Shown here piece after piece: positions 23,522 through 34,034 of a stretch of DNA of 64,000 bases. The notes beneath the pieces are model-generated. The model did no database searches. It had not been told where the DNA came from and was given only the letters and a program-made list of their open reading frames with translations. The number at the start of each line of letters is the position of its first letter. Position 1 is the stretch's first letter. Source of the stretch: Alphaproteobacteria bacterium (GTDB lineage: Bacteria; Pseudomonadota; Alphaproteobacteria; SHVV01); NCBI GenBank assembly GCA_965261735.1, contig OZ253470.1, positions 2,752,001 through 2,816,000 on the forward strand, in the 5' to 3' direction. Both the position numbers and the translations under genes were made by a program.

Positions 23522-24451
23522 ATGAGCTTGAGCGCCAGCGGCACCGACGCGTCCTCCCGTGCAGCCACGGCCGGACACGGGCTGCGCCAGCGCGCCGAAC
23601 AGCTCGCGGCAACGCTACCGCCCCTCCTGGTCATGGTCGACCACGTCGCCGCGACGGTCTCCCAGGGCGTTCACGGCCGTCGCCGGGTCGGCGGCGGCGA
23701 GACCTTCTGGCAATTCCGGCGCTATCAGCCAGGCGACGCCGCGAACCAGGTCGATTGGCGCCAGTCGGCCAAATCGCAACACCTGTTCATCCGCGAGACC
23801 GAATGGGAAGCGGCCGAGAGCGTGTGGTTGTGGCGCGACGGCTCGCGCTCGATGGCCTACCAATCGCCCTACGCCACGACGGAAAAGAAGGAACGGGCGA
23901 CACTGCTGCTGCTGGCGCTCGCGGCGCTCCTGCTGCGCGGCGGCGAGCACGTCGGCCTGCTCGGCGAGGACACCTCGGCGCGCGCCGGACGGGTCATGCT
24001 CGAGCGCTTCGCCGCGACCCTGCTGCGGCACGCCGGCGGGGCGGTGGCCGATCGCCAGAGCATACCGCCGGTCGCCCGCCTGCCGCGCTTTGCCGAGCTC
24101 GTCCTGATCGGTGACTTTCTGTCACCGCTGTCCGAAATCGATGCCCTGATACGCGGCTACGCGGCCGCCGACATCAAGGGCCACCTCCTCCACGTGCTCG
24201 ACCCGGCGGAAGAGGATCTGCCGTTCAACGGCCGCACCGAGTTCCTTGGGCTCGAGGGTGAGGCGCCGTTGATCGTCAGCCGCGTCGAGGGGCTGCGCGG
24301 CGACTATGCGACCCGGCTCGACGCCCACCGGCGCGGCCTCATGACGATCGCCCGCACCGCGGGCTGGACCTTTACGTCCCACCGCACCGACCGTCCGCCG
24401 CACACCGCCCTGCTCGCGGTTTACGAGGCGCTGGCGAGCGGGTCGAGATAG
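23522..24451 (+). CDS. DUF58 domain protein
   Basis: GVHGRRRVGGGETFWQFRRYQPGD...VDWRQSA; follows MoxR. Confidence 0.92.
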   Translation: MSLSASGTDASSRAATAGHGLRQRAEQLAATLPPLLVMVDHVAATVSQGVHGRRRVGGGETFWQFRRYQPGDAANQVDWRQSAKSQHLFIRETEWEAAESVWLWRDGSRSMAYQSPYATTEKKERATLLLLALAALLLRGGEHVGLLGEDTSARAGRVMLERFAATLLRHAGGAVADRQSIPPVARLPRFAELVLIGDFLSPLSEIDALIRGYAAADIKGHLLHVLDPAEEDLPFNGRTEFLGLEGEAPLIVSRVEGLRGDYATRLDAHRRGLMTIARTAGWTFTSHRTDRPPHTALLAVYEALASGSR

Positions 24452-24468
24452 GCGGGTCCGGCCGGTCG

Positions 24469-27213
24469 ATGCTGACCCTGGGATCGCTCGCGCTCGTTAA
24501 TCCGTGGATCCTGCTCGCGCTCGCCGCGCTGCCGGCCCTGTGGTGGTTGCTGAAGGTGACGCCGCCGGCACCCCGCCGCATCCCCTTCCCGGCCATCCGG
24601 CTCCTGCTCGGGCTCGCGACCACCGAGCAGACCCCGGCGCGGACGCCGTTATGGCTGCTCGTGCTGCGGCTGCTGCTGGCGGCCCTAGTCATCGTCGCGC
24701 TCGCCCATCCGCTGCTCAATCCCAATGCCCGACTCGCCGGAACGGGCCCGCTCGTCATCGTCGTCGACAATGGCTGGGCGGCCGCGTCGCGCTGGCAGCG
24801 GCGCAGCGAAACGATGGCGGATCTGCTCGCCCAGGCCGAGCGCGCGGGACGACCGGTTGCCGTGCTGGCGACGGCGCCGCCGGTCGATGGCGGGCCGATA
24901 CGCGCGAGCGGACTATTGACCGCCGCCGAGGCGCGCGAGCGCGTGCAGTCGCTGCGCCCGCTGCCTTGGCCGACCGATCGGGCCGCGGCCGGCGCCGCGC
25001 TCGTCGATCTGGCGCTCGAGGAATCGGCCGAGGTCGTGTGGCTCAGCGACGGGCTCGACGGGGGCCTCGCGGAGCTCGCCGCGAAACTGCGGCGCCTCGG
25101 GCCGACCCAGGTGTTGATCGAGCCGGCCGATGCGCTGCCGATGGCGCTGACGCCGCCGTCGGGAGAGGGATCGCGCCTTACGGTCCGCGCCCTGCGCGCG
25201 GCACGCGGGTTCGACATATCCCACTGGGTGCGCGCGAGCGATGCCGCGGGCCGGCTGATGACGCGGGCGGAGGTCCATTTCGAGGCCGCTTCGGGCGAGG
25301 CCACGGCCGACCTCGACGTGCCGGTCGAGGTGCGCAACAAGGTGGCGCGCCTGGAGATAGAGAACCAGCGTTCGGCGGGCGCCGTGGTGCTGCTCGACGA
25401 GCGTTGGCGGCGGCGCCCGGTGGGCCTGGTATCGGGCGGCGGAATCGAGGCGGCGCAACCGCTGCTGGCCAACCTGTTCTACCTGGAGCGCGCGCTCAAC
25501 CCGTTCGCCGACGTGCGCACGGGCACCATCGAGGAACTCCTGCAGCGCGACCTCGCGGTGCTCGTGCTCGCCGACGTCGGCCAGGTGATCGGCAGCCAGC
25601 GCGACCTCCTCGACGACTGGCTCGAGCGTGGCGGCGTTCTGGTTCGCTTCGCCGGGCCCAAGCTCGCCGAGAGAGTCGACGACCTGATCCCGGTGCGGCT
25701 GCGCGGCGGCGGCCGCTCCTTGGGCGGTGCCCTGTCGTGGAGCCGCCCCGCGCGCCTGGCGCCGTTTGACGCGGCCAGTCCCTTTGCGGGCCTCGCGGTA
25801 TCGGACGACGTGCGCGTCCGCCGCCAGGTCCTGGCCGAGCCTTCGCTTGACCTCGGGGCCAAGACCTGGGCCCGGCTTTCCGACGGCACGCCGTTGGTCA
25901 CGGCGGACCGACGCGGTAACGGCCGGCTCGTCCTGTTTCACGTCACCGCCAACGCGGAGTGGTCGAACCTGCCACTATCGGGACTCTTCGTCGAGCTGCT
26001 GCGGCGCATCGTCGCCATCAGCCAGGGCGTCGGAGCAGGCGACGCGGCGGCCAACCTCTCTCCGCTGGCGACCCTCGATGGCTTCGGCGTGATCGGCGCG
26101 CCACCGGCCAGCGCCAGGCCGCTGGCAACGTCCGAGATCGCCAACATCAGGGTGAGCCCGACCCACCCGCCGGGCTACTACGGCACCACCGAGGCGCGCC
26201 GCGCCGTCAACTTGTCCGCCGGTTTGTCCGCGCTCAGCGCCGCCGGGTCCCTGCCCCAGGGCGTGCAGCGCAGCGGCTACACCCAGGCACCGGAGACCGA
26301 TCTCAAGCCGTGGCTGCTGGCGGCGGCGATCCTGCTCGGCTTGATCGATCTCGTCGCCAGCTATTGGCTGCGCGGCCTGTTCGCGCTCGGGCTCTCCAGG
26401 GCCCGAGCGGCGAGCGCGGCCGCGATGGTAGCGGCGCTGCTCGCGGCGGCACCGGCCGCGGCACAATCGCCGACCGACCAGTTCGCGCTCACCGCGACCT
26501 TCGAGACTCACCTGGCCTATGTCCAGACCGGCCTCGAAGAGCTCGACGCCATGAGCCGCGCCGGCCTCTTGGGCCTCGGCGAGGCGCTGGCGCAGCGCAC
26601 CTCGGTCGAGCCGGGGCGACCGATCGGCGTCGACCTCGAGCGCGACGAGCTGGCGTTCTTCCCCCTGCTCTACTGGACGATCGCTCCGGAGCAGCCGGAC
26701 GTGTCCGACTACGCCCTCGAGAAGATCGACGCCTACATGAAGAACGGCGGCACGATCCTGTTCGATACGCGCGACCAGGGCGCGATCGCACCCGGCCTCG
26801 GGTTCGGTGGCGCATCCTCGAGCGGACCGGGCATGCAGCGGCTGCGCCAGATCCTCGGAGGCCTCAACATTCCGCCGCTCGTTCCCGTCCCCGACAACCA
26901 CGTTCTGACCAAGGCGTTCTACCTGTTGCAGGAGTTTCCCGGCCGCTGGACCGGCGGCCAGGTGTGGGTCGAGCGCCACGGCGGCGGGGTCAATGACGGC
27001 GTCTCATCGATCATCATCGGCGGCAACGACTGGGCGGCGTCCTGGGCCATCGACGACGAGGGCCGGCCGATTGCGGCGGTCGTGCCCGGCGGCGAGCCAC
27101 AGCGCGAGATGGCCTACCGATTCGGCGTCAACGTTGTGATGTACGCGCTCACCGGCAACTACAAGGCCGATCAGGTGCACGTGCCCGCCATACTCGAACG
27201 GCTCGGCCAGTGA
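24469..27213 (+). CDS. BatA N-terminal / DUF4159 domain membrane protein
   Basis: N-terminal double TM (PWILLALAALPALWWLL...FPAIRLL); C-terminal ELAFFPLLYW, NGGTILFDT and YALTGNYKADQVH. Confidence 0.88.
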   Translation: MLTLGSLALVNPWILLALAALPALWWLLKVTPPAPRRIPFPAIRLLLGLATTEQTPARTPLWLLVLRLLLAALVIVALAHPLLNPNARLAGTGPLVIVVDNGWAAASRWQRRSETMADLLAQAERAGRPVAVLATAPPVDGGPIRASGLLTAAEARERVQSLRPLPWPTDRAAAGAALVDLALEESAEVVWLSDGLDGGLAELAAKLRRLGPTQVLIEPADALPMALTPPSGEGSRLTVRALRAARGFDISHWVRASDAAGRLMTRAEVHFEAASGEATADLDVPVEVRNKVARLEIENQRSAGAVVLLDERWRRRPVGLVSGGGIEAAQPLLANLFYLERALNPFADVRTGTIEELLQRDLAVLVLADVGQVIGSQRDLLDDWLERGGVLVRFAGPKLAERVDDLIPVRLRGGGRSLGGALSWSRPARLAPFDAASPFAGLAVSDDVRVRRQVLAEPSLDLGAKTWARLSDGTPLVTADRRGNGRLVLFHVTANAEWSNLPLSGLFVELLRRIVAISQGVGAGDAAANLSPLATLDGFGVIGAPPASARPLATSEIANIRVSPTHPPGYYGTTEARRAVNLSAGLSALSAAGSLPQGVQRSGYTQAPETDLKPWLLAAAILLGLIDLVASYWLRGLFALGLSRARAASAAAMVAALLAAAPAAAQSPTDQFALTATFETHLAYVQTGLEELDAMSRAGLLGLGEALAQRTSVEPGRPIGVDLERDELAFFPLLYWTIAPEQPDVSDYALEKIDAYMKNGGTILFDTRDQGAIAPGLGFGGASSSGPGMQRLRQILGGLNIPPLVPVPDNHVLTKAFYLLQEFPGRWTGGQVWVERHGGGVNDGVSSIIIGGNDWAASWAIDDEGRPIAAVVPGGEPQREMAYRFGVNVVMYALTGNYKADQVHVPAILERLGQ

Positions 27214-27244
27214 GAGGGGCGCGCCCGCCGCGGCGCAACCGGCG

Positions 27245-29341
27245 ATGACCAGCCTCACCAGCGTGGCGTTCTTGCCGCAGCTCCCGTGGGTGGTGATTGC
27301 TGCTCTCGCGGGCCTCGCGCTCGCCCTCCTCGTTTACGGCGCAACGCGCGGGGCGCCGGGCACGGCTTGGCGTGCGTTCGCCTTCGCGATCGGGCTGTTG
27401 GCGCTGACCGAACCCTCGTTGGTGAGCGAGAAGCGCGACATGCTCACCGACGTCGCGGCGGTTGTGGTCGATCAGTCGCAGAGCCAGCGAATCGGCGGCA
27501 GGGCTACGGCGTCCGAGCAGGCGCTCACCGAAATCGAGGAGCGGCTCGGCCGCCTCGAGGGCGTCGAGGTTCGCGTCGTGCGCGCCTCCAACCGGCTCGC
27601 TTCCGGCGACGGCGACCAGCGCCGCGAGGGCACGCTGTTGCTGTCGGCGCTCGCGGAGGCACTCGCCGACACGCCGCGCGAGCGCATCGCCGGTGCCATC
27701 TTGATTACCGACGGGCAGGTCCACGACGTGCCCGACCAGGCCGCGGCGGCCTCGCCCGGCGGTCCCGTGCACGTCCTGTTGACGGGGCGCCAGGGCGAGC
27801 GCGACCGGCGCGCGATCATCGAGCAGGCGCCGAGCTACGGTCTCGTCGGCAAGACGCTCGAGTTGCGGCTGCGCATCGAGGATGCGGGCGTGCCGCGCGG
27901 ATCGGGCGAGCGTACCGCCGCGCGCTTCACGCTGCGCCGCGATGGTGGTCCCGCGACCCAGCACAGCGCCATCGTCGGGCAGACGCAGCGGGTGCCGTTC
28001 ACACTCGACCACGGCGGCCAGACGGTCATCGAGATCGAGGCGGCGGGCGGCCCGCAAGAGCTCACGCTGCAGAACAACCGCGCCGTCATCAGCGTCAACG
28101 GGGTGCGCGACCGGTTGCGGGTGCTCCTCGTTTCAGGCAAACCACACCCGGGCGAGCGCACCTGGCGGAACCTGCTCAAGGCCGACCCCTCGGTCGACCT
28201 CGTGCATTTCACCATTCTCAGGCCGCCCGAGAAGCAGGACGGCACGCCGGTGCGCGAGCTGTCGCTCATTGCCTTTCCGGTGCGCGAGCTGTTCGAGGTC
28301 AAGCTCAAGGAGTTCGACCTCATCATTTTCGACCACTACCGCCGACGCGGCGTTCTGCCCCAGATCTACCTCGGCAACGTCGTCGACTACGTGCACGAAG
28401 GCGGCGCGATTCTGGAGGCGGCGGGGCCTGACTTCGCCTCTTCCCTGAGCCTCTACCGCACGCCGCTGGCGAGCCTGCTTCCCGGCGAGCCGACCGGCGA
28501 GATCTACCGCGAGGGGTTCCGGCCCACCATCAGCGCGCTCGGCCGACGCCACCCGGTGACCGCCGACCTGCCGGGCGCCGCCGCGTCGACGCCGCGCTGG
28601 GGGCGCTGGTTCCGCATGGTCGACGTGGTCGCCCACGGGGGCACGTCGCTGATGAGCGGCGTCGACGACAAACCGCTGCTGATCGTCGACCGGGCCGGGG
28701 AGGGCCGGGTCGCCCAACTCCTCTCCGACCACGCGTGGCTATGGACGCGGGGCTTCGAGGGCGGCGGACCCCAGGCCGAGCTGCTGCGTCGACTAGGGCA
28801 TTGGCTGATGAAGGAGCCCGACCTCGAGGAGGAGCAGCTGACCGCCACCGCGAACGGGCAACGGCTGACCATCGTGCGGCGCAGCCTCGAGGCCGGCGAT
28901 CGCGACATTACACTGACCTCGCCCTCGGAGACCGTGCGCACGGTGCGGCTCGAGGACGGCGCGGACGGGCGCGCGAGCGCCACGGTCGAGGTCGACGAGG
29001 TGGGCCTGTATCGCGTGACCGACGGCAGGCGCAGCGGGGTTGCCGCGGTCGGCTCGCTCAACCCGGTGGAATATGCCGACGTGCGCGCCACCGACGAGCT
29101 TCTCGGCCCCGTCGCCGAAGCGACCGGCGGCGCGCTGGTGTGGCTCGCGCGCGACGGAATCCCGAGCATCCGCCATGTGCGGCCACGGCGCGAAACCGCG
29201 GGCCAAGGGTGGATCGGCCTGCGCCGCAACGGCCAGTACCTGGTCACAGGCGTCAATCAACTGGCGCTGCTGCCGCCGCTGCTGGTCCTGGTGCTCGTGC
29301 TCGGTGGCTTCGCGCTCGCGTGGCGGCGCGAGGGGCGCTGA
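27245..29341 (+). CDS. Conserved membrane protein of MoxR operon (vWA-like plus glutamine-amidotransferase-like domain)
   Basis: DQSQS and ITDGQ MIDAS-like motifs; VSGKPHPGERTWRNLLKADPSVDLVHFTILRPPEKQD. Confidence 0.85.
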   Translation: MTSLTSVAFLPQLPWVVIAALAGLALALLVYGATRGAPGTAWRAFAFAIGLLALTEPSLVSEKRDMLTDVAAVVVDQSQSQRIGGRATASEQALTEIEERLGRLEGVEVRVVRASNRLASGDGDQRREGTLLLSALAEALADTPRERIAGAILITDGQVHDVPDQAAAASPGGPVHVLLTGRQGERDRRAIIEQAPSYGLVGKTLELRLRIEDAGVPRGSGERTAARFTLRRDGGPATQHSAIVGQTQRVPFTLDHGGQTVIEIEAAGGPQELTLQNNRAVISVNGVRDRLRVLLVSGKPHPGERTWRNLLKADPSVDLVHFTILRPPEKQDGTPVRELSLIAFPVRELFEVKLKEFDLIIFDHYRRRGVLPQIYLGNVVDYVHEGGAILEAAGPDFASSLSLYRTPLASLLPGEPTGEIYREGFRPTISALGRRHPVTADLPGAAASTPRWGRWFRMVDVVAHGGTSLMSGVDDKPLLIVDRAGEGRVAQLLSDHAWLWTRGFEGGGPQAELLRRLGHWLMKEPDLEEEQLTATANGQRLTIVRRSLEAGDRDITLTSPSETVRTVRLEDGADGRASATVEVDEVGLYRVTDGRRSGVAAVGSLNPVEYADVRATDELLGPVAEATGGALVWLARDGIPSIRHVRPRRETAGQGWIGLRRNGQYLVTGVNQLALLPPLLVLVLVLGGFALAWRREGR

Positions 29342-29449
29342 GGCGGCCGGCCGTAGTCGCCGGAGGCTGGACGGGCCCGGCAAATACACCTAGTTTTGAG
29401 ACGCACCGAGCACCGCCCTCCGGTGCGCCCCTGCGAGGTAGGATCCATC

Positions 29450-30112
29450 ATGTTCTATGAGACCTCGGGCCCGCACGGCCTGCCCCACGATCCGTTCAAG
29501 AGCTGCGTCGTGCCGCGCCCCATCGGCTGGATCAGCACGCTCGGTCGCGACGGCGTCGCCAACCTCGCGCCGTTCAGCTTCTTCAACGGCGTCGGCGCCA
29601 ACCCGCCCCAGGTCATGTATCACTGCGGCAGCCAGCACGCCGACGGCGGCGCCAAGGACAGCCTCAAGAACGTCATCGAGACCGGCGAGTTCGTGTTCAA
29701 CATGGCGACCTGGGAGCTGCGCGAACAGATGAACACCACCTCGTTGCATGTGGCGCGCAGCGTCGACGAGTTCGCGGCCGCGGGCCTCGCCACCGAGCCG
29801 TCCGAGCTGGTCAGCCCGCCGCGCGTCGCGGCCTCGCCCATCCACCTCGAATGCACCCTGGTCAAAACGGTGGACCTGCTGTCGAACGACCCCGACGACT
29901 ACAACACCATCGTCTGCGGGCACGTGATCGGAATCCACATCAAGGACGAGATCCTGACCGAGGGCACGGTCGACATGTCGAAGCTGCGGCCAATCGCGCG
30001 GCTCGGCTACATGGATTACACCGTCGTCGACAACCACTTCACCATGCCGTTCCCGGACGCGAGCCCCAAGGCGCATAAGGCCGAGGCGGCCGAGAGGGTG
30101 CCGGCGGAGTAG
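29450..30112 (+). CDS. Flavin reductase family protein (DIM6/NTAB-like)
   Basis: VPRPIGWIST, NLAPFSFFN, KDSLKN and ARLGY motifs. Confidence 0.92.
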   Translation: MFYETSGPHGLPHDPFKSCVVPRPIGWISTLGRDGVANLAPFSFFNGVGANPPQVMYHCGSQHADGGAKDSLKNVIETGEFVFNMATWELREQMNTTSLHVARSVDEFAAAGLATEPSELVSPPRVAASPIHLECTLVKTVDLLSNDPDDYNTIVCGHVIGIHIKDEILTEGTVDMSKLRPIARLGYMDYTVVDNHFTMPFPDASPKAHKAEAAERVPAE

Positions 30113-30177
30113 CGCCCGAGGCGTGAACAACCTCGGCACGGGCGCGCCCGCAATGGTTCACGAGTGAAGGTTTAGGC

Positions 30178-31137
30178 ATGGGCATGTTGATCGACGGCGT
30201 GTGGCGCGAGGACGGCGCGCGGCGCGCCAAGGGGGGTGCGTTCGTGCGCCCCGAGTCGGTGTTCCGCGATTGCCGCGACGGCGCCACCGGGTTCGAGGCC
30301 GAGGCCGGCCGCTACCACCTGTACGTCTCCGCCGCCTGCCCGTGGGCGCACCGCACCCTCATTCTGCGCAAACTGAAGGGCCTCGATGATGTGGTGTCGC
30401 TGTCCGTCGTCGACCCCTTCATGGGCGAGGACGGCTGGATCTTCAGCGAGCGCCCAGGGTGCCTGCCCGACACCGTGAACGGCGCTCGCTGCCTGAGCGA
30501 GGTCTACCTCGCCGCCGACCCCGACGTGACCAGCCGCGTGACGGTACCGGTGCTGTGGGACCGCGAGCGGCGCACCATCGTCAACAACGAGTCAGCGGAG
30601 ATCATCCGCATGTTCAACGGCGCCTTCGACGACATCGTCGACGGCGCGGAGGACTTCTGCCCGGAGGCGCTGCGCGGCGATATCGACGCGATCAACGCGT
30701 TCGTCTACGACCGCATCAACAACGGCGTCTACAAGTGCGGCTTCGCCCGCACCCAGGAGACCTACGAGCAAGCGTTCCTCGCGCTATTCGCGGCCCTCGA
30801 CACTATCGAGGACATGCTCGGGCGCGAACGCTATCTCGTGGGCGGCCGTATCACCGAGGCCGACTGGCGCCTGTTCACGACGCTGGTGCGCTTCGATGCG
30901 GTCTACTACGGGCACTTCAAGTGCAACCTGCGGCGAATCATCGACTATCCGAACCTATCCAACTATTCGCGCGAGCTGTATCAGGTGCCGGGAGTCGCCG
31001 AGACCGTCGACATGGGCCACATCAAGGCCCACTACTACCGCTGCCACGAATCGATCAACCCGAGCCGCATCGTCCCCCTCGGCCCGGAGCTCGACTTCCC
31101 CGCCCCGCACGACCGCGACCGACTCCCCGCCGACTGA
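30178..31137 (+). CDS. Glutathionyl-hydroquinone reductase (YqjG/ECM4-like glutathione S-transferase)
   Basis: RYHLYVSAACPWAHR, VTVPVLWD, NNESAEI, NNGVY and RFDAVYYGHFKCN motifs. Confidence 0.93.
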   Translation: MGMLIDGVWREDGARRAKGGAFVRPESVFRDCRDGATGFEAEAGRYHLYVSAACPWAHRTLILRKLKGLDDVVSLSVVDPFMGEDGWIFSERPGCLPDTVNGARCLSEVYLAADPDVTSRVTVPVLWDRERRTIVNNESAEIIRMFNGAFDDIVDGAEDFCPEALRGDIDAINAFVYDRINNGVYKCGFARTQETYEQAFLALFAALDTIEDMLGRERYLVGGRITEADWRLFTTLVRFDAVYYGHFKCNLRRIIDYPNLSNYSRELYQVPGVAETVDMGHIKAHYYRCHESINPSRIVPLGPELDFPAPHDRDRLPAD

Positions 31138-31150
31138 GATACGCATGGCG

Positions 31151-32566
31151 TCACTCCGCGGCGCTCGCAGCGCGAGCGTCGGTCGCGGTGCCGGCTTCCG
31201 GCGTTGCGCCCGCCAATCGGCGGCCCGGCGGAAAGAACATGGTGATTTGGGTCCCTATCCCGGGGCGGCTGTTGATTTTCAGGCCGCCCCCATGGGCCTC
31301 GGCGATGGAGCGACACAGCGGCAGGCCGAGGCCCGTTCCCTCTTGATTCCGCAGCAAGCCGGAGGCGCCGCGGCCGAATAAAGTCAGGGATTCGGTGATC
31401 TCCTCGGGCGTCATGCCGATCCCTGTATCCGACACCGCGACCGATGTCGTCGCGTCGTTACCCACTCCGAGGGAAATCGTAATCTTGCCCCCGCGACCGG
31501 TGAATTTGGTCGCGTTGACGAGCAGGTTGAGGAGGACCTGCTTGATCCTGCGCTCGTCGCCCTTGACGTAGACGGGCGCCGGTGGCGTCGACGTCTCCAG
31601 TCGGAGCCCGAGCTCGCTGGCGCGCTGGCCCATCAGGTTGAGGCATCCGTTCACGACCGCCTTCAGGTCTATCGGCTCCTCGGCCAGCTCGAAGTGGCCG
31701 AGCTCGACCTTCGACAGATCGAGGAGGTCGTTGATGAGGTTGAGTAGATGGTCGCCCGAGGCGTGGATATCGGTCACATATTCGCGGTGCCTTTCGTTCA
31801 ACGGGCCGCCGATACCGGCGTTCATCGCCTCGGAAAAGCCGAGAATGGCGTTGAGGGGGGTGCGAAGCTCATGGCTCATGCTAGCGAGGAACTGCGATTT
31901 CGCCTTGTTGGCGGCGACCGCCTGATTTCGTGCTTCTCGCAGACCTTCGGCTAGACTGCGTTGCTCGATTTGCGCGGACAGCTGGTTCTTCAGAAGGCTA
32001 CAGAAGTCCCTCGCCGTCATAACCAAGAGCAAGCCGAAAACGATCGTCAAAGGCGCGTAGATCTTGGGAAGGGAGTCCTGCTCAAGGAATTTGAGCGCCA
32101 GCGGCCCAAGAACCAGGATGGTGAAGATCGCGGCACTCGGAACGTGGGCAACGAGTGCCGTGACCCCGCCGGCCGCGATGCCAACGAGCACCAACATGAG
32201 GAGGAACTGCGACGTGACGTCGGTCGCCGGAAAGATGGCCCAGGCGGCCGAGCCATAGGCCGCGGCGTGCACCGTGAGCGCGACAATATAAACATTGAGC
32301 CAATGCCCGGCATCCGGTTGCTCGGTCTGAAAGAATCGGTGCCGGAGGTAACCTCGAACACCGGCGAGGGCCGTCACGGCGAGCCCCCAGCCCACGAGGC
32401 GCGAGTGTGGTACCGCGGCCCACAAGGTCACGCCCAACGCGAGGACGGCAAGTGGCGTGACCGCCAGCGCCGCACCTAGGGATTTCCAAAGCGTGCGCAC
32501 CTGCGCGGCCTGCAGCGCATGCCCCAGCAACTGGGTCGATTTCTCGGGTGCGGGCGAGACGGACAT
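31151..32566 (-). CDS. Orphan membrane-bound sensor histidine kinase
   Basis: About 6 N-terminal TM helices, H-box FLASMSHELRTPLNAI, N-box NLLVNATKF, DTGIG and GTGLGL. Confidence 0.92.
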   Translation of the reverse strand: MSVSPAPEKSTQLLGHALQAAQVRTLWKSLGAALAVTPLAVLALGVTLWAAVPHSRLVGWGLAVTALAGVRGYLRHRFFQTEQPDAGHWLNVYIVALTVHAAAYGSAAWAIFPATDVTSQFLLMLVLVGIAAGGVTALVAHVPSAAIFTILVLGPLALKFLEQDSLPKIYAPLTIVFGLLLVMTARDFCSLLKNQLSAQIEQRSLAEGLREARNQAVAANKAKSQFLASMSHELRTPLNAILGFSEAMNAGIGGPLNERHREYVTDIHASGDHLLNLINDLLDLSKVELGHFELAEEPIDLKAVVNGCLNLMGQRASELGLRLETSTPPAPVYVKGDERRIKQVLLNLLVNATKFTGRGGKITISLGVGNDATTSVAVSDTGIGMTPEEITESLTLFGRGASGLLRNQEGTGLGLPLCRSIAEAHGGGLKINSRPGIGTQITMFFPPGRRLAGATPEAGTATDARAASAAE

Positions 32567-32747
32567 GAGACAACCCAGTTAGCCTCACAGGGTTGTACCC
32601 GCGTGATGGTTAAGCAAACCCGAACACCGTTGCCCCAGCCTACCTCGCCGGAACTCTGACCGAGGACCGCATCCGCTTGCCAACCAACTGTCCGGCCGCT
32701 AGGCTCCCCGGCTCCCCTTGCCCCGGTGGGCGGAGGAGGGAGGGCCG

Positions 32748-34034
32748 ATGACCGCGATCGCCGAACCGGAAGCGGAACCGCCACCCGAACGAGCGGCGTG
32801 GGCGGCCCGCTACGATGCCACCCGCGCCCTGACCGAGCGGCTCGCGCGGCCGCTGTCGGCCGAGGACCAGGCCGTACAATCGATGCCCGATGCGAGCCCG
32901 ACCAAGTGGCACCTCGCGCATGTCAGCTGGTTCTTCGAAACCTTCCTGCTCAAGCGCCATCTCGCCGGCTATGGCGCCTTCAACGGCGACTTCAACTTCC
33001 TTTTCAACTCCTATTACGAGGCCGCGGGCGCACGCCACCCGCGCCCTCAGCGCGGTCTGCTTACCCGCCCGCCGCTCGGCCAGGTACTCGATTTCCGCCA
33101 CCACGTCGATCACGGGATGCGCCGGCTCATCGAGGCCGCGGGCGACGCCCGTTGGGCGGAAGTGGCACCGCTCGTCGAGCTCGGCCTCCAACACGAGCAA
33201 CAGCACCAAGAGCTGCTGCTGACCGACATCAAGCACCTGTTCTCGTGCAACCCGCTGCTACCCGGCTACCGGTCGGCAGGCGCGGCGCCGGCGTCGACCG
33301 CCGTGCCCCTCGCCTGGTGCGAGGCCGAAGGCGGCGTGGTCGAGGTCGGTGATGGCGGCACCGGATTCGCGTTCGATTGCGAACGGCCGCGCCACATCGT
33401 TGCGCTGTCGCCGTTCCGCCTCGCCTCGCGCCTGGTGACCAACGGCGAATACCTGGAGTTCATCGGCGACGGCGGCTACACGACCTTCCGCCACTGGCTG
33501 GCCGATGGCTGGGCCGTGGTACAGAGCCAGGAGTGGCGCCACCCGCTCTACTGGCAGGAGGTCGACGGGGCCTGGTTCGAGTTCACCTTGTCGGGCCTCG
33601 AACCGCTCGATGCCGCCGCGCCGGCGTGTCATCTCAGCTACTACGAGGCCGACGCCTTCGCACGATGGGCGGGAAAGCGGCTGCCGAGCGAGGCCGAATG
33701 GGAAGTGGTGGCGCGCGATATGCCACCACGCGGCAACCTGCTGGCCTCGGGGCGCCTCCACCCCGTGGCCGCCGATCCAGCCTTACCGGCCCCGTTGCAG
33801 ATGTTCGGCGACGCTTGGGAATGGACGCAAAGCCCGTTCGGGGCCTATCCCGGATTCAAGCCGGCGCCGGGCGCGATCGGCGAGTACAACGGCAAGTTCA
33901 TGTCCAACCAGTTCGTCCTGCGCGGCGGCGCCTGCACCACGCCGGACGATCACATCCGCGCGACCTATCGCAACTTCTTCTATCCCGACGCCCGCTGGCA
34001 GGTGTCGGGGCTGCGGCTCGCCGAGGACGCGTGA
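32748..34034 (+). CDS. egtB: Ergothioneine biosynthesis sulfoxide synthase
   Basis: QSMPDASPTKWHLAH, FNSYY, HEQQHQEL iron motif, FGE-like C-terminal domain with EYNGKFM. Confidence 0.95.
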   Translation: MTAIAEPEAEPPPERAAWAARYDATRALTERLARPLSAEDQAVQSMPDASPTKWHLAHVSWFFETFLLKRHLAGYGAFNGDFNFLFNSYYEAAGARHPRPQRGLLTRPPLGQVLDFRHHVDHGMRRLIEAAGDARWAEVAPLVELGLQHEQQHQELLLTDIKHLFSCNPLLPGYRSAGAAPASTAVPLAWCEAEGGVVEVGDGGTGFAFDCERPRHIVALSPFRLASRLVTNGEYLEFIGDGGYTTFRHWLADGWAVVQSQEWRHPLYWQEVDGAWFEFTLSGLEPLDAAAPACHLSYYEADAFARWAGKRLPSEAEWEVVARDMPPRGNLLASGRLHPVAADPALPAPLQMFGDAWEWTQSPFGAYPGFKPAPGAIGEYNGKFMSNQFVLRGGACTTPDDHIRATYRNFFYPDARWQVSGLRLAEDA

